Assembly: GCA_021779665.1 (NCBI GenBank)
Contig: JAJYAG010000002.1
Location: forward strand, 38,974 to 102,973
Direction of reading: 5' to 3'
Length of the DNA: 64,000 nucleotides
From: Bacteroidota bacterium
Lineage (GTDB): Bacteria; Bacteroidota; Bacteroidia; Bacteroidales; JAAUTT01
Positions 1 to 9,812 of this stretch are shown one piece after another. Position numbers and translations under genes: made by a program. Below the pieces are notes generated by a model. It ran no database searches. It was not told the DNA's origin and saw only the letters and a program-made list of their open reading frames with translations. Every line of letters starts with the position of its first letter. Within the stretch, counting starts at the first letter, position 1.

Positions 1-144
1 TCAACCGGATTCTTCAATTGCCTTTTACAGTAAAATTCCATCAAAAAAGGATAATTAAATCGCAAAATCTGATCATTACATAATTGATAGAATTGTATCT
101 TTATGAAATTAGTTTTACAACTTAACTAACTTAAATAGTATAAA

Positions 145-1509
145 ATGGAAAAAGAGAGTCAATCGAGAAGACGATTTCTGAAGACTGCTGCCACCGGTGC
201 AGTATTTGCAGCCGCAGCTCCTGTTGCCATGGGAGCCGAACCAATTGTAAGGCCTACTATTATTCCCGACAGCGCTAAAGGTGCAAACGATCGCATTCGC
301 GTTGCAGTGCTCGGGGTCAATGGACGCGGTAAATCACATATCGAAGAAATAATGGGACTTGCCGACAAGGCAAATGTTGAAATTGCTTATTTGGTAGATC
401 CTGATATGAATGTGCTGCGGGATCGCGCCAAAGAATTCGAAACCAAATATGGTAAGAAAGTGCTTATCGAACAGGATTTCAGAAAAGTATATGCAGATAA
501 AACTGTTCATGCAGTTACGCTTGCCACACCCAACCACTGGCATGCTTTACAAACCATTTATGCCTGCCAGGCTGGAAAGGACGTGTATGTTGAAAAGCCT
601 GCAACCCACAATATTTACGAAGGCAAAAAAATGATTGAAGCTGCCTACAAATACAACCGCATTGTTCAGCATGGAGTTCAGCTGCGTAGTTCGGTTGCCA
701 TTAAGGAAGCGATTCAGCATATTAAGGATGGTTTAATTGGCCGTGTGTATATGTCGCGCGGACTGGTTTACCGCTGGCGTCCTGATATTGGGAACAAAGG
801 TATTTCATCAGTTCCCCCAGGTTTAAACTACGATTTATGGTGCGGACCCGCTCCGATGCGTCCATTTTCAAAGAACCTGGTACATTACAACTGGCACTGG
901 CACTGGGAATATGGTAACGGCGACGTGGGCAACCAGGGTATTCACGAAACCGACCTCTGTATGTGGGGTTTGGGCGTGAACAGCCTTCCCGAAAGAATTA
1001 CCTCCATGGGCGGCAAGTTCCTGTGGGACGACTGCAAGGAAGTTCCCGAAGTACAAACTTCGATTTATCATTATCCTAAAGAAAAGAAAATGATACAGTT
1101 CGAAGTGCGTAACTGGTGCACCAACCTCGAAGATGGTGCCGGTGTAGGAAATATTTTCTATGGCGACAAAGGCTACCTGGTTGTGAAAGGTTACGGAACA
1201 TACGAAACCTACTTGGGCAACAACCGCGAAAAAGGTCCCAGCCGTTCCGAAAACGGAGAACTTACACTTCACTTCCAGAACTGGTTCGATGCCATCCGCG
1301 CACGCGACATGAGCATTCAGAACGGCCCTGTTCAGACAGGACATCTTGCTTCATCTCTGGCACATTTAGGAAATATTTCCTATCGTCTGGGCCGTCAGCT
1401 GCAGTTCGATCCGGTTGCCGAACGTTTTATCGGCGAAGGCGAAAATGAGGCCAACAACATGTTGTCGCGCGATTACCGTGCACCATACTTGCTGCCCGAG
1501 ATTGTGTAA
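145..1509 (+). CDS. Gfo/Idh/MocA-family oxidoreductase with twin-arginine (Tat) signal peptide
   Basis: 454-aa ORF. The N-terminus SRRRFLKTAATGAVFAAAAPVAMG is Tat-like. The Rossmann start IRVAVLGVNGRGKSH and the VYVEKP motif are typical of this family. Confidence 0.85.
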   Translation: MEKESQSRRRFLKTAATGAVFAAAAPVAMGAEPIVRPTIIPDSAKGANDRIRVAVLGVNGRGKSHIEEIMGLADKANVEIAYLVDPDMNVLRDRAKEFETKYGKKVLIEQDFRKVYADKTVHAVTLATPNHWHALQTIYACQAGKDVYVEKPATHNIYEGKKMIEAAYKYNRIVQHGVQLRSSVAIKEAIQHIKDGLIGRVYMSRGLVYRWRPDIGNKGISSVPPGLNYDLWCGPAPMRPFSKNLVHYNWHWHWEYGNGDVGNQGIHETDLCMWGLGVNSLPERITSMGGKFLWDDCKEVPEVQTSIYHYPKEKKMIQFEVRNWCTNLEDGAGVGNIFYGDKGYLVVKGYGTYETYLGNNREKGPSRSENGELTLHFQNWFDAIRARDMSIQNGPVQTGHLASSLAHLGNISYRLGRQLQFDPVAERFIGEGENEANNMLSRDYRAPYLLPEIV

Positions 1510-1531
1510 ATAACACATCCATCATAAAAAC

Positions 1532-1564
1532 CGGGAGATTGAATTTCAGTCTCCCGTTTTTTTT
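1532..1564 (+). terminator. Rho-independent terminator after the oxidoreductase gene
   Basis: Stem CGGGAGA (1532-1538) pairs with TCTCCCG (1550-1556) and is followed by a run of 8 T. Confidence 0.7.
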
Positions 1565-1669
1565 GGAATCCCGGTGCCGGATATGAATTCACCTGCCCGT
1601 AAAATGCTTCACAAAAAGTTATTGAAACTATGCTATATTTACACGTTTTATGTGAGGAGATAAAAGGAA

Positions 1670-2254
1670 GTGAAGGATTTACACTTAATAGCGGCCTTAA
1701 AAACTGATAAAGAAGATGCCTTACGCGACATCTTTCATCTTCATTTTAACAAACTCCATTCATTTGCCACCGAATTTATTATCGACCGCGAAATTGCCCG
1801 CGAAATTGTTCACGATTCCATATTACGGTTCTGGCAGCACCGCCACCACTTAAACGACGAAACCAATATCCGTGCATATTTATTGAAAATTGTCCGTAAC
1901 CTTTGCCTCAACTATCTTAAAAAGGTGAAGGATGACCCTCTTGTTATCAAAACTGAAGACGAAATAAAGCGCGAACTTGATCTGAATTATGAGGTTCTGT
2001 CGGATGTTAACTGGGATTCCGTTCTTGTAAACGAATTTGAAGATGTACTGAAACAGATAATAAATTCTCTCCCCGAAAAATGCAGGCGTATTTTTGAACT
2101 CAGCCGTTACGAAAATTTATCCAACCTCGAAATTTCGCAAAACCTGAATATTTCAATAAAAACAGTTGAAGGCCACATTACCGAGGCCCTGAAAATTCTC
2201 AGGCATAAATTGTCAAAGTACCTCACCATCCTGCTTTGCTTGCTCCTTCCATAA
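1670..2254 (+). CDS. ECF-type RNA polymerase sigma-70 factor
   Basis: 194-aa ORF with a GTG start. It has region 2-like (ILRFWQHRH) and region 4-like (ELSRYENLSNLEISQNLNISIKTVEGHI) segments and lies immediately upstream of a FecR-like gene. Confidence 0.85.
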   Translation: MKDLHLIAALKTDKEDALRDIFHLHFNKLHSFATEFIIDREIAREIVHDSILRFWQHRHHLNDETNIRAYLLKIVRNLCLNYLKKVKDDPLVIKTEDEIKRELDLNYEVLSDVNWDSVLVNEFEDVLKQIINSLPEKCRRIFELSRYENLSNLEISQNLNISIKTVEGHITEALKILRHKLSKYLTILLCLLLP

Positions 2255-2329
2255 AAAAATAAATAAAAATACTTTTCGGGCAAGGGTTACACTATTTTTC
2301 GATGTTTATAATATTAGAAAGGGAACAAA

Positions 2330-3436
2330 ATGGACGAAAATACCATTCTACAATTCTTACAAAACAAACTATCACCGGCGGAAAGGAAAGCATTTCTCGA
2401 CCGCATTGAGGCCGATGCTTCGTTCAGGGCGCTGTTTAAAGAAATTAAAACAGTATGGTCCGTGACTTCAGATAACGAAGCCAAAGTTTTTTCTGATCCT
2501 GAAACTGAGTTCAGAACCTTCAGATATCGCAATTTAATGAACGACGAAAGGTCTGTAAAACGAAAGAATGCATTCATTCCTTTTCTGAAAGTTGCAGCCA
2601 TTGTTGTTGTTTCCTTTGGTCTTGCGTTTCTTGCTTTTAGCCTGCTTGAGAATAAAAAATCTTCAACTGATCTGGTGTATACTGAGATTGAAACCCGCGC
2701 CGGTGAAAAATCACAAATTACTTTGCCCGATGGTTCTAAAATATGGATTAATGCTTGTACTAAACTTCGTTATCCGAATAATCTTCAACAACGCGAAATA
2801 GAGCTTTACCTGGATGGAGAAGCTTTTTTCGATCTGAAAAAAATTCCCGACCGCCGCATAACCGTCCGAACATCGCAGATCAACGTGAAAGTGCTTGGTA
2901 CTGCTTTCAACGTAAAATCCTATAAGGATGACGATGTTATTGAAACTACACTTGTAAGGGGTAAAATAGAAATTGAAAATCAGACAGGCAAAAAGGCCGG
3001 AAACAAAACTGTAACTCTAAAGCCAAATCAGTCGGCCACCTTTATTAAAAGTTCAAATAACCTTTCGCTTAAGGAATTTAACGAAGTGAGGATTAATACA
3101 ACCGAAGATCTGGATAATCTCAAAAAAATTGCAACCAGCAAAAATTCGAATCTGGTAGTAATGAACAGTGTAAATCCCGAAACCCAGACTTCGTGGAAAG
3201 AAGGAAGGTTAAGCTTTCGCAAGGAAACTTTTGAAAACCTGGCCAAAATGCTCGAACGCTGGTACGATATCAAAATAGAAATTAAAGATCAGGAACTTAA
3301 GAAATCGCGCTTTTCCGGTTCGTTCGATAAAGAGACTATTGAGCAGGCCTTACAGGCATTGAGTTATCCGGTGCCATTCAAATATAAAATCGAGAAAGAT
3401 TCGGTATTAATATTTCGGAAAATAACCTTAAAATAG
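2330..3436 (+). CDS. FecR-family anti-sigma factor / transmembrane sensor
   Basis: 368 aa with one central TM (AAIVVVSFGLAFLAFSLL). FecR-type motifs are present (ITLPDGSKIWINACTKLRYP, LDGEAFFD). It sits in a sigma / anti-sigma / SusC arrangement. Confidence 0.85.
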   Translation: MDENTILQFLQNKLSPAERKAFLDRIEADASFRALFKEIKTVWSVTSDNEAKVFSDPETEFRTFRYRNLMNDERSVKRKNAFIPFLKVAAIVVVSFGLAFLAFSLLENKKSSTDLVYTEIETRAGEKSQITLPDGSKIWINACTKLRYPNNLQQREIELYLDGEAFFDLKKIPDRRITVRTSQINVKVLGTAFNVKSYKDDDVIETTLVRGKIEIENQTGKKAGNKTVTLKPNQSATFIKSSNNLSLKEFNEVRINTTEDLDNLKKIATSKNSNLVVMNSVNPETQTSWKEGRLSFRKETFENLAKMLERWYDIKIEIKDQELKKSRFSGSFDKETIEQALQALSYPVPFKYKIEKDSVLIFRKITLK

Positions 3437-3482
3437 TTTTTGCCTATGGAATAACACTTTATCAAAAATCAAAAAGCCGACA

Positions 3483-3541
3483 GATGCGCTAACATCTATC
3501 AGCTTTCATTTTAGTAACCGTAATGCTCGCTAAAGCATTAC
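3483..3541 (+). promoter_or_regulatory. Two small hairpins sharing the loop CGCTAA, upstream of the SusC-like gene
   Basis: AGATG-CGCTAA-CATCT lies at about 3483-3499. A perfect GTAATGCT-CGCTAA-AGCATTAC lies at 3520-3541. The second hairpin covers the ATG at 3523 used by the ORF track. Confidence 0.3.
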
Positions 3542-3567
3542 AATGTAAAATATTAACAAACAAATTT

Positions 3568-6500
3568 ATGAAAAAAATCACAGAAAAAACTGTTTGGGAT
3601 ACCTATTTCCCGAACAAACTCTTTTTGATTATGAAACTATCTACTATTTTACTCATTTTTGGCCTGTTAAACATACATGCCAAAGGTTTTTCCCAGAATG
3701 AAAAGATAACACTTCATCATCAGGGAATCTCAATGAAACAACTGCTGGAAAATCTTGAAAAGCTAAGCGAATACAAATTCTTGTACAGCGACGATTTCGA
3801 TGCATTGGAAAGTAAACTCAATATCAACGTTGAAGAAAGAACAGTAGCCGAAATTCTGAACGAAGTAGCTAATGTTACAGAAAGCACATATAAAATTCTT
3901 GATAACAAGCTTATTGTTATTGTTCCTAAAAGTCTGATGTCTCCTCAACAGTTCAAGTTTGGCGGCACTGTTACCGATGCAACCACAGGCGAACCTATAA
4001 TCGGGGCAAATGTAATAGTTGAAGGAACAACCATGGGTGTTGTAACCGATGTCAATGGGAAGTTCAGCCTTGAAGTTCCAAATCCCGATGCATTCATAGT
4101 CATCTCCTTTCTTGGTTACAAAACCGAAAGGATATCGGTAAACAAACAGGCCTATCTCGAAATTAAGCTTATCCAGGATATTACACGCCTGGATGAAGTA
4201 GTGGTTGTAGGTTATGGTACACAGAAAAAGAGCGATATCATAAGCTCTGTGGCCTCAGTTCGTCCGGAGAAAATGACCAAAGCAGCCACTTTTGACGTTG
4301 GTGAAATGCTGCGTGGTAAAGTTGCCGGTGTTCAGATTACAACTTCCGATGCAGGTCCTGGCGGATCTTCAAGCATCGAAGTACGTGGTAAAAGCTCCAT
4401 TACTGGTGGTAACAGCCCAATCGTAATTGCTGATGGAGTTCCCATTGGAAGTATCAACGATATCAATCCGGCTGATATTGAATCGGTTGAGGTTTTAAAG
4501 GATGCTGCAGCCCAGGCAATTTACGGAGCAAAAGCATCAAACGGTGTAATCCTTATCACAACCAAAAGAGGTAAGGCTGGTAAATTATCGGTAAACTACA
4601 ATGGATATTACGGTACACAAACAGTAAGGCGCAATTTCGATGTTTACAATGGTGCTGAATTTGCACAGTTAAAAAGAGAAGCCGACCGTGCCGTAAATAA
4701 AAATATTTACCGCGACGATGCGCTCGTTTTTAGTGCAGCTGAGTTACAGGCTATTGCCGAAGGAAGATCCATTGACTGGACTGACGAAATTTTAAAAGCA
4801 GCCCCAATACAGAATCACGATATCAATTTCTCCGCAGGTACCGATAAAACGATGATTTATGTTGGTGGCAATTATCAGAATATGGACGGAGTTGTGCCGA
4901 CTACAAATCTTAAAAAAGGAACACTGCGTATCAACCTTGACCAGATATTAACAAAATGGCTTAAGGTTGGTGTGAATACTTCTTTCCAGACTTCCATTGC
5001 GAACGATCCAGATGTTGCCGGTGTGTTGCGCCAGGTTGTTACGGCATCGCCACTCGGTAATATCTACAACGAGGACGGAACTTTCAACGTTCGTCCAAGC
5101 GGCAATCAGGAAAGCTTTAATCCTTTACTCGATTTAAACGAAACCGAGAACATTAAAAAGAACCGGAACGACATCCTCAATATTTTTGTCGATATCACTC
5201 CGTTGAAGGGATTAACAAACAGAATTAATGCAAGTCGCCGCTCGTGGAATTACAAGGAGACTTATTATGCCACAAAAAAATCTTCGAACGGGTATGCAAA
5301 CGGCTATGGTAACGGAAATATCGCTTTTAAAGAAAATGCTGAATGGCTGGTCGAAAATATTTTGTCCTATAACTTTTCTATTCAGAAACATAATATCAAT
5401 CTTACTGCTGTAGGAAGTATCAGTGAACAGAATTACAGCGATTTCTACAACTCGACTTCAAAAGTTCCCAACGATATTCTGGGTATTTATGGTTTGGAAT
5501 CGGCGCTTATCAATATCCCAACCATTGGTGGTAACCAGCGTCGTTTGGTTTCGGGAGTTGGTCGTATCCAGTACGATTACAATTCGCGTTACTATGCAAC
5601 CGTGAGTGCACGTATGGATGGTTCTTCGGTTTTTGGCGCCGAAAATAAGTGGGGCTATTTCCCTGCAATAGCATTAGGATGGAATATTTACAAGGAAAAC
5701 TTTCTTGCTAATTTCCGGCCTCTGAGCAACCTTAAGTTACGTGCAAGTTATGGCAGCGTGGGTAACGAAGCCATTGCTCCTTATGGAAGTCTGAGTCTGG
5801 CCGATCAGCTCGACTACCTGTATGGTGCCGAAAAGATCTCGGGTTATGCTCCCGGAAGTTCGCTCTCGAATCCGAAATTAAAGTGGGAAACTTCAACCAC
5901 ACTCAACACTGCTGTTGATTTCGGCTTCTTCGATAACCGTTTTAGCGGTACAGTTGAATATTACAGAACAAGCACAACTGATTTGCTTGTAAACCGTCAG
6001 TTAAATGCTTCAATAGGCTATTCAACCATGAAGGATAATATTGGTGAAGTTCAGAACCGTGGTATTGAAGTTCAGATTGATGCTGTTCCTGTTCGTACCA
6101 AAGATCTGAATATTCAAACCGGTATCATTTTCTCAAAGAATAAAAATGAAATCATCAGCCTTTATGGGGACCTCGATGAAGATGGAATTCAGGACAGCGA
6201 CGTTGCCAATAACTGGTTTATTGGCCAACCCATTGATGTTTACAAAATGCCAAAATATTTAGGTGTATGGCAGGCGGAAGAAGTTTACCCGGGTGCTGCA
6301 TTCAATCCCGCCACAGGTAAATGGGAAATTAACGGAGCACAGGCGCCTGTTGCTATCGATCCAAACACAAATCTACCGTTAGTAGATCCGTTTACCAAAA
6401 AAGCTCCGGTTCCGGGTTCATGTAAAATCGAAGATAAAAACAAAGACGGAAAAATTGATTCGCAGGATAATTACCTTACTTCCAAATATCCCGACTGGAT

Positions 6501-6951
6501 GGGGTCCTTTAACCTGACTGCCACTTACAAAGGTTTTGATTTCTTCATGGATATTTCAACTGTTCAGGGTATTACACGCAACAACGTTTACCTGTACGAC
6601 TACACCTATGGCGGCGACCTTCGCGGTAACCGTAATGGTATTAAAGTTGATTACTGGACTCCCGAAAATCCTGCCAGCAGATATCCACAACCTAATGCAG
6701 GTACTTCACCTCCGGGTATGCCTAATCTGGGTTTACAGGATGCATCGTACTGGCGTTTACAGAATATTTCGCTCGGATACTCCTTTCCATCCTCAGTTCT
6801 TGCCAAAATTAAACTAACAAAGCTGAGAGTTTATTGCACCGGTCAGAACCTGATTACTGTTACCGATTATCAGTCGTACAGCCCCGAACAGGATCTTTCG
6901 GCTTACCCCACTACCCGTAACCTGATTTTTGGTATTCAGGTGGGTTTGTAA
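3568..6951 (+). CDS. SusC/RagA-family TonB-dependent outer-membrane transporter with N-terminal STN signalling domain
   Basis: About 1127 aa. It has an STN-like segment (MKQLLENLEKLSEYKFLY), a carboxypeptidase-regulatory-like domain (GTVTDATTGEPIIGANVIVEGT) and a plug (DEVVVVGYGTQKK). It is followed by a SusD-like gene. The start was moved to ATG 3568 (MKKITEK); ATG 3631 is also possible. Confidence 0.9.
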   Translation: MKKITEKTVWDTYFPNKLFLIMKLSTILLIFGLLNIHAKGFSQNEKITLHHQGISMKQLLENLEKLSEYKFLYSDDFDALESKLNINVEERTVAEILNEVANVTESTYKILDNKLIVIVPKSLMSPQQFKFGGTVTDATTGEPIIGANVIVEGTTMGVVTDVNGKFSLEVPNPDAFIVISFLGYKTERISVNKQAYLEIKLIQDITRLDEVVVVGYGTQKKSDIISSVASVRPEKMTKAATFDVGEMLRGKVAGVQITTSDAGPGGSSSIEVRGKSSITGGNSPIVIADGVPIGSINDINPADIESVEVLKDAAAQAIYGAKASNGVILITTKRGKAGKLSVNYNGYYGTQTVRRNFDVYNGAEFAQLKREADRAVNKNIYRDDALVFSAAELQAIAEGRSIDWTDEILKAAPIQNHDINFSAGTDKTMIYVGGNYQNMDGVVPTTNLKKGTLRINLDQILTKWLKVGVNTSFQTSIANDPDVAGVLRQVVTASPLGNIYNEDGTFNVRPSGNQESFNPLLDLNETENIKKNRNDILNIFVDITPLKGLTNRINASRRSWNYKETYYATKKSSNGYANGYGNGNIAFKENAEWLVENILSYNFSIQKHNINLTAVGSISEQNYSDFYNSTSKVPNDILGIYGLESALINIPTIGGNQRRLVSGVGRIQYDYNSRYYATVSARMDGSSVFGAENKWGYFPAIALGWNIYKENFLANFRPLSNLKLRASYGSVGNEAIAPYGSLSLADQLDYLYGAEKISGYAPGSSLSNPKLKWETSTTLNTAVDFGFFDNRFSGTVEYYRTSTTDLLVNRQLNASIGYSTMKDNIGEVQNRGIEVQIDAVPVRTKDLNIQTGIIFSKNKNEIISLYGDLDEDGIQDSDVANNWFIGQPIDVYKMPKYLGVWQAEEVYPGAAFNPATGKWEINGAQAPVAIDPNTNLPLVDPFTKKAPVPGSCKIEDKNKDGKIDSQDNYLTSKYPDWMGSFNLTATYKGFDFFMDISTVQGITRNNVYLYDYTYGGDLRGNRNGIKVDYWTPENPASRYPQPNAGTSPPGMPNLGLQDASYWRLQNISLGYSFPSSVLAKIKLTKLRVYCTGQNLITVTDYQSYSPEQDLSAYPTTRNLIFGIQVGL

Positions 6952-7020
6952 CAAAATCTTCAGAGAAAAATTAACGATGTGGCCGGGTTTTAAGCTTCAT
7001 CAAAATTTAAAAAAATAAAT

Positions 7021-8583
7021 ATGAAAAATATTCAGAAATTAATGATAATACTTGGTTTTGTTGCTCTGAACTATGCCTGCACCGACTGGCTTGAGGAAGA
7101 AAACTTCACCAAAATAAGCTCCGATTATATTTACGAAAATGAAGAAGGTCTCAAAGTAGGCCTGGGTGCTTTGTACAACTTACAACGCAATTACGAACGT
7201 GTAAGCGATGCCACTTATGGGAACATTTGGTTTTATTGTGCCGACGACCTTGGAAATGTACGTACCTGGAACGATGCACAGATCTACAAAGCCAATATGA
7301 CTGCCCAGAATATGCCAAAGGAAAAGTGGACATCGGGCTACCAGCTTATTGACCGGGCAAATGCAATTATCTCCAAAGCTCCGGCAGTTACTTTTGCTTC
7401 CGAAACTGATAAAAAACGTATCATTGGCGAAGCCAAAGTGATCCGCGCCATGACATATTTCCGTATCTGGCAGATTTACGATAATATCCTCATCGACACC
7501 ATTCCTACTGACAACAAAAATGCTTTTGACCCTATTGAATATAAGCCGGCATTAAAGGAAGATGTTTTGAAGCTTATCAATTCCGACCTGGATTATGCGA
7601 TTAAAAGCCTTTCGTACAGTGTTAAACCAGGACAGATAAGCCAGGGTTTGGCCCGACACATACGCGCACAGGTTGCAGCATGGCAGAGCGACTGGACAAC
7701 CATGGCCAACCAATGCGACTCGATCATCGAAAAAGGCGGATACAGTCTTCAGCCAATCGACAAAGTTTTTGCTCAGGAATTAAACCATAAGGAAGCGATT
7801 TATACGTATCAGTTCGACGAAGTATTAGGCGGTAAAAACGAACTTGCCGGTGGCGGAAGTCATGTTTTAAGTGCATTGTTTACCGCAAGGTATTACGAGA
7901 TCCCGGGTGGTTATATGATTGAAGATAATAACTGGGGTGGCAACTCTTATGCATGGACAACTCCTAACGATTATCTGAAGAGCCTGTATTATGTGAACCC
8001 CACCACCGGAAAAAGTGCTGATAAACGATACAGCTATTATTTTTATCCTGATACGGTGATCAGCAATAATCCTAAATCGACAAACTACGGGAAAGCTATT
8101 CCGAAAAATAAATATCCTGACAACTACCGCCAATACCACTGGAGTGTTATGAAATTCCGCGACTTCAGCAAACCCGACGGAAGAGCTTCGAGCTATAAGG
8201 ATTTCATTGCTTACCGTTTGGCCGAAACTTTACTGATGGGTGCAGAAGCTCACTGGCGAATGACAAACAATCCCACTGATCCCAAAGCGCTTGATTATAT
8301 TGGCAGGGTGCGCTCGAGAGCGGGTTTGACCAATGTTGCCGCTATCGATCAGCAGGTTATTCTCGACGAAAATGCCCGGGAATTAAACTTCGAAGGTTAC
8401 CGCTGGTTCCTGTTAAAGAGAATGGGTGTATTAACTTCGCAGGTAAATAAATACCACACCTTTGGCAGTGCTAAAACAAACCAGGTGGTATCAGGGATGC
8501 AGCCTCATCATGTGCGTTGGCCAATCCCTCAGGATCAGATAGACCTGATGGCACCGAGCTTCCCACAGAACCCCGGATATTAA
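7021..8583 (+). CDS. SusD/RagB-family nutrient-binding outer-membrane lipoprotein
   Basis: 520 aa with a lipoprotein signal ending in ...LNYAC. It lies directly downstream of the SusC-like gene. The C-terminal motif FEGYRWFLLKR is typical of SusD-like proteins. Confidence 0.85.
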   Translation: MKNIQKLMIILGFVALNYACTDWLEEENFTKISSDYIYENEEGLKVGLGALYNLQRNYERVSDATYGNIWFYCADDLGNVRTWNDAQIYKANMTAQNMPKEKWTSGYQLIDRANAIISKAPAVTFASETDKKRIIGEAKVIRAMTYFRIWQIYDNILIDTIPTDNKNAFDPIEYKPALKEDVLKLINSDLDYAIKSLSYSVKPGQISQGLARHIRAQVAAWQSDWTTMANQCDSIIEKGGYSLQPIDKVFAQELNHKEAIYTYQFDEVLGGKNELAGGGSHVLSALFTARYYEIPGGYMIEDNNWGGNSYAWTTPNDYLKSLYYVNPTTGKSADKRYSYYFYPDTVISNNPKSTNYGKAIPKNKYPDNYRQYHWSVMKFRDFSKPDGRASSYKDFIAYRLAETLLMGAEAHWRMTNNPTDPKALDYIGRVRSRAGLTNVAAIDQQVILDENARELNFEGYRWFLLKRMGVLTSQVNKYHTFGSAKTNQVVSGMQPHHVRWPIPQDQIDLMAPSFPQNPGY

Positions 8584-8599
8584 AAACCATATCGAATGT

Positions 8600-8619
8600 C
8601 GCCGGATTTCGGTCCGGCG
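8600..8619 (+). terminator. GC-rich hairpin after the SusD-like gene (possible attenuating terminator)
   Basis: CGCCGGA-TTTCGG-TCCGGCG. There is no strong T-tract after it. Confidence 0.35.
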
Positions 8620-8667
8620 GCCTTCTTTACTTTAACTTTATCGAATAACTAACTAATTAATATTCTT

Positions 8668-9753
8668 ATGAATAAACTAATATGGGTTGTGGTTTATCTT
8701 TGCTTTTCAACCGTTGTTTTCAGCTGTTCCAAAAAAGATAAGGACGAAGAAGTTACTCCAGTTACTCCCCCGCCAGTTGTTCAAACCAAAACTCTTAAAG
8801 AAAAAGCTGCGTTTCCGATTGGTGCCGCAGTTACCGTTGCACATTTAAAAGATGCTAATTTTTCCAATGTATTCAAAGCTCACCATAATCAGCTTACGGC
8901 CGAATACGAAATGAAAATGAAAAACCTCTGGGCTTCCGAAACTCAGTTTACTTTCAGCAATGCCGATTACCTGGTGGATTATGCCACCCAGAACTCCATG
9001 CGGGTTCACGGGCACACGCTTTTATGGTACAGCTCCGTTCCCGATTGGCTTAAAAATGCCAATTACGATTCGACAACTTTCGAGAATCACATCAAAAACT
9101 TCATCACAACTGTGGTTAGCCGCTATAAAGGAAAAATTGCAAGCTGGGATGTTGCCAACGAAATTTTTGCCGACAACGGCACTTTGCGCGATGATGCTAC
9201 CGTAACCAAAATTTTTAAAGACCCGATCAGGTTTTATGGCCGATGCTTTAAATATGCCCGCGAAGCCGATCCTGCAGTGAAATTATTTTATAACGACTAC
9301 GACATGGTGCTGAATTCTACCAAACGCTACTACGTCAAAAAGATGGTCGAAAGATTTAAAGCCGAAGGCTATCCTATTGATGGTCTGGGCGAACAATGCC
9401 ATACCACAGTCTGGACAAACCATACCACTTTCGGCACTGGCTTAAACGATCTTGCAAGCACAGGCTTACTTATTCATATTTCAGAATTAGATATGCGTGT
9501 AAACCAGAATAAATCGGATGCATATGTTTACACCGATGCCGAACAACAAAAGCAATCGGACAAATACAAATCGGTTGCCCAAATATTTGAAGCCTTGCCA
9601 CAGGCTCAGAAATTTGCAATTACAATCTGGGGTGTTTCCGATAAATCTACATGGCTCACCGGATGGTGGCATCCAAAGGAATATCCGCTTCTTTTTGACA
9701 ACAGCTACAACAAAAAGAAAGCTTACGAAGGTTTCCTTGCCGGTTTGAAATAG
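8668..9753 (+). CDS. Glycoside hydrolase family 10 endo-1,4-beta-xylanase (lipoprotein)
   Basis: Lipobox VVFSC. GH10 signatures are present: GHTLLWYSSVPDWL, WDVANEIF (acid/base Glu) and ISELDMRV (nucleophile Glu). Confidence 0.85.
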   Translation: MNKLIWVVVYLCFSTVVFSCSKKDKDEEVTPVTPPPVVQTKTLKEKAAFPIGAAVTVAHLKDANFSNVFKAHHNQLTAEYEMKMKNLWASETQFTFSNADYLVDYATQNSMRVHGHTLLWYSSVPDWLKNANYDSTTFENHIKNFITTVVSRYKGKIASWDVANEIFADNGTLRDDATVTKIFKDPIRFYGRCFKYAREADPAVKLFYNDYDMVLNSTKRYYVKKMVERFKAEGYPIDGLGEQCHTTVWTNHTTFGTGLNDLASTGLLIHISELDMRVNQNKSDAYVYTDAEQQKQSDKYKSVAQIFEALPQAQKFAITIWGVSDKSTWLTGWWHPKEYPLLFDNSYNKKKAYEGFLAGLK

Positions 9754-9812
9754 TCATTCTTTTGGCATTATATTCCGATGTTGCTCAATTGATTGTCATA
9801 GTAAATCATTAT

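Noticed and set aside
3523-3567. ATG 3523 as the SusC-like start.
   Set aside because: The ATG lies inside a perfect 8-bp hairpin stem. The added residues (MLAKALQCKILTNKF) are not signal-peptide-like, whereas MKKITEK... at 3568 leads into the hydrophobic signal region.
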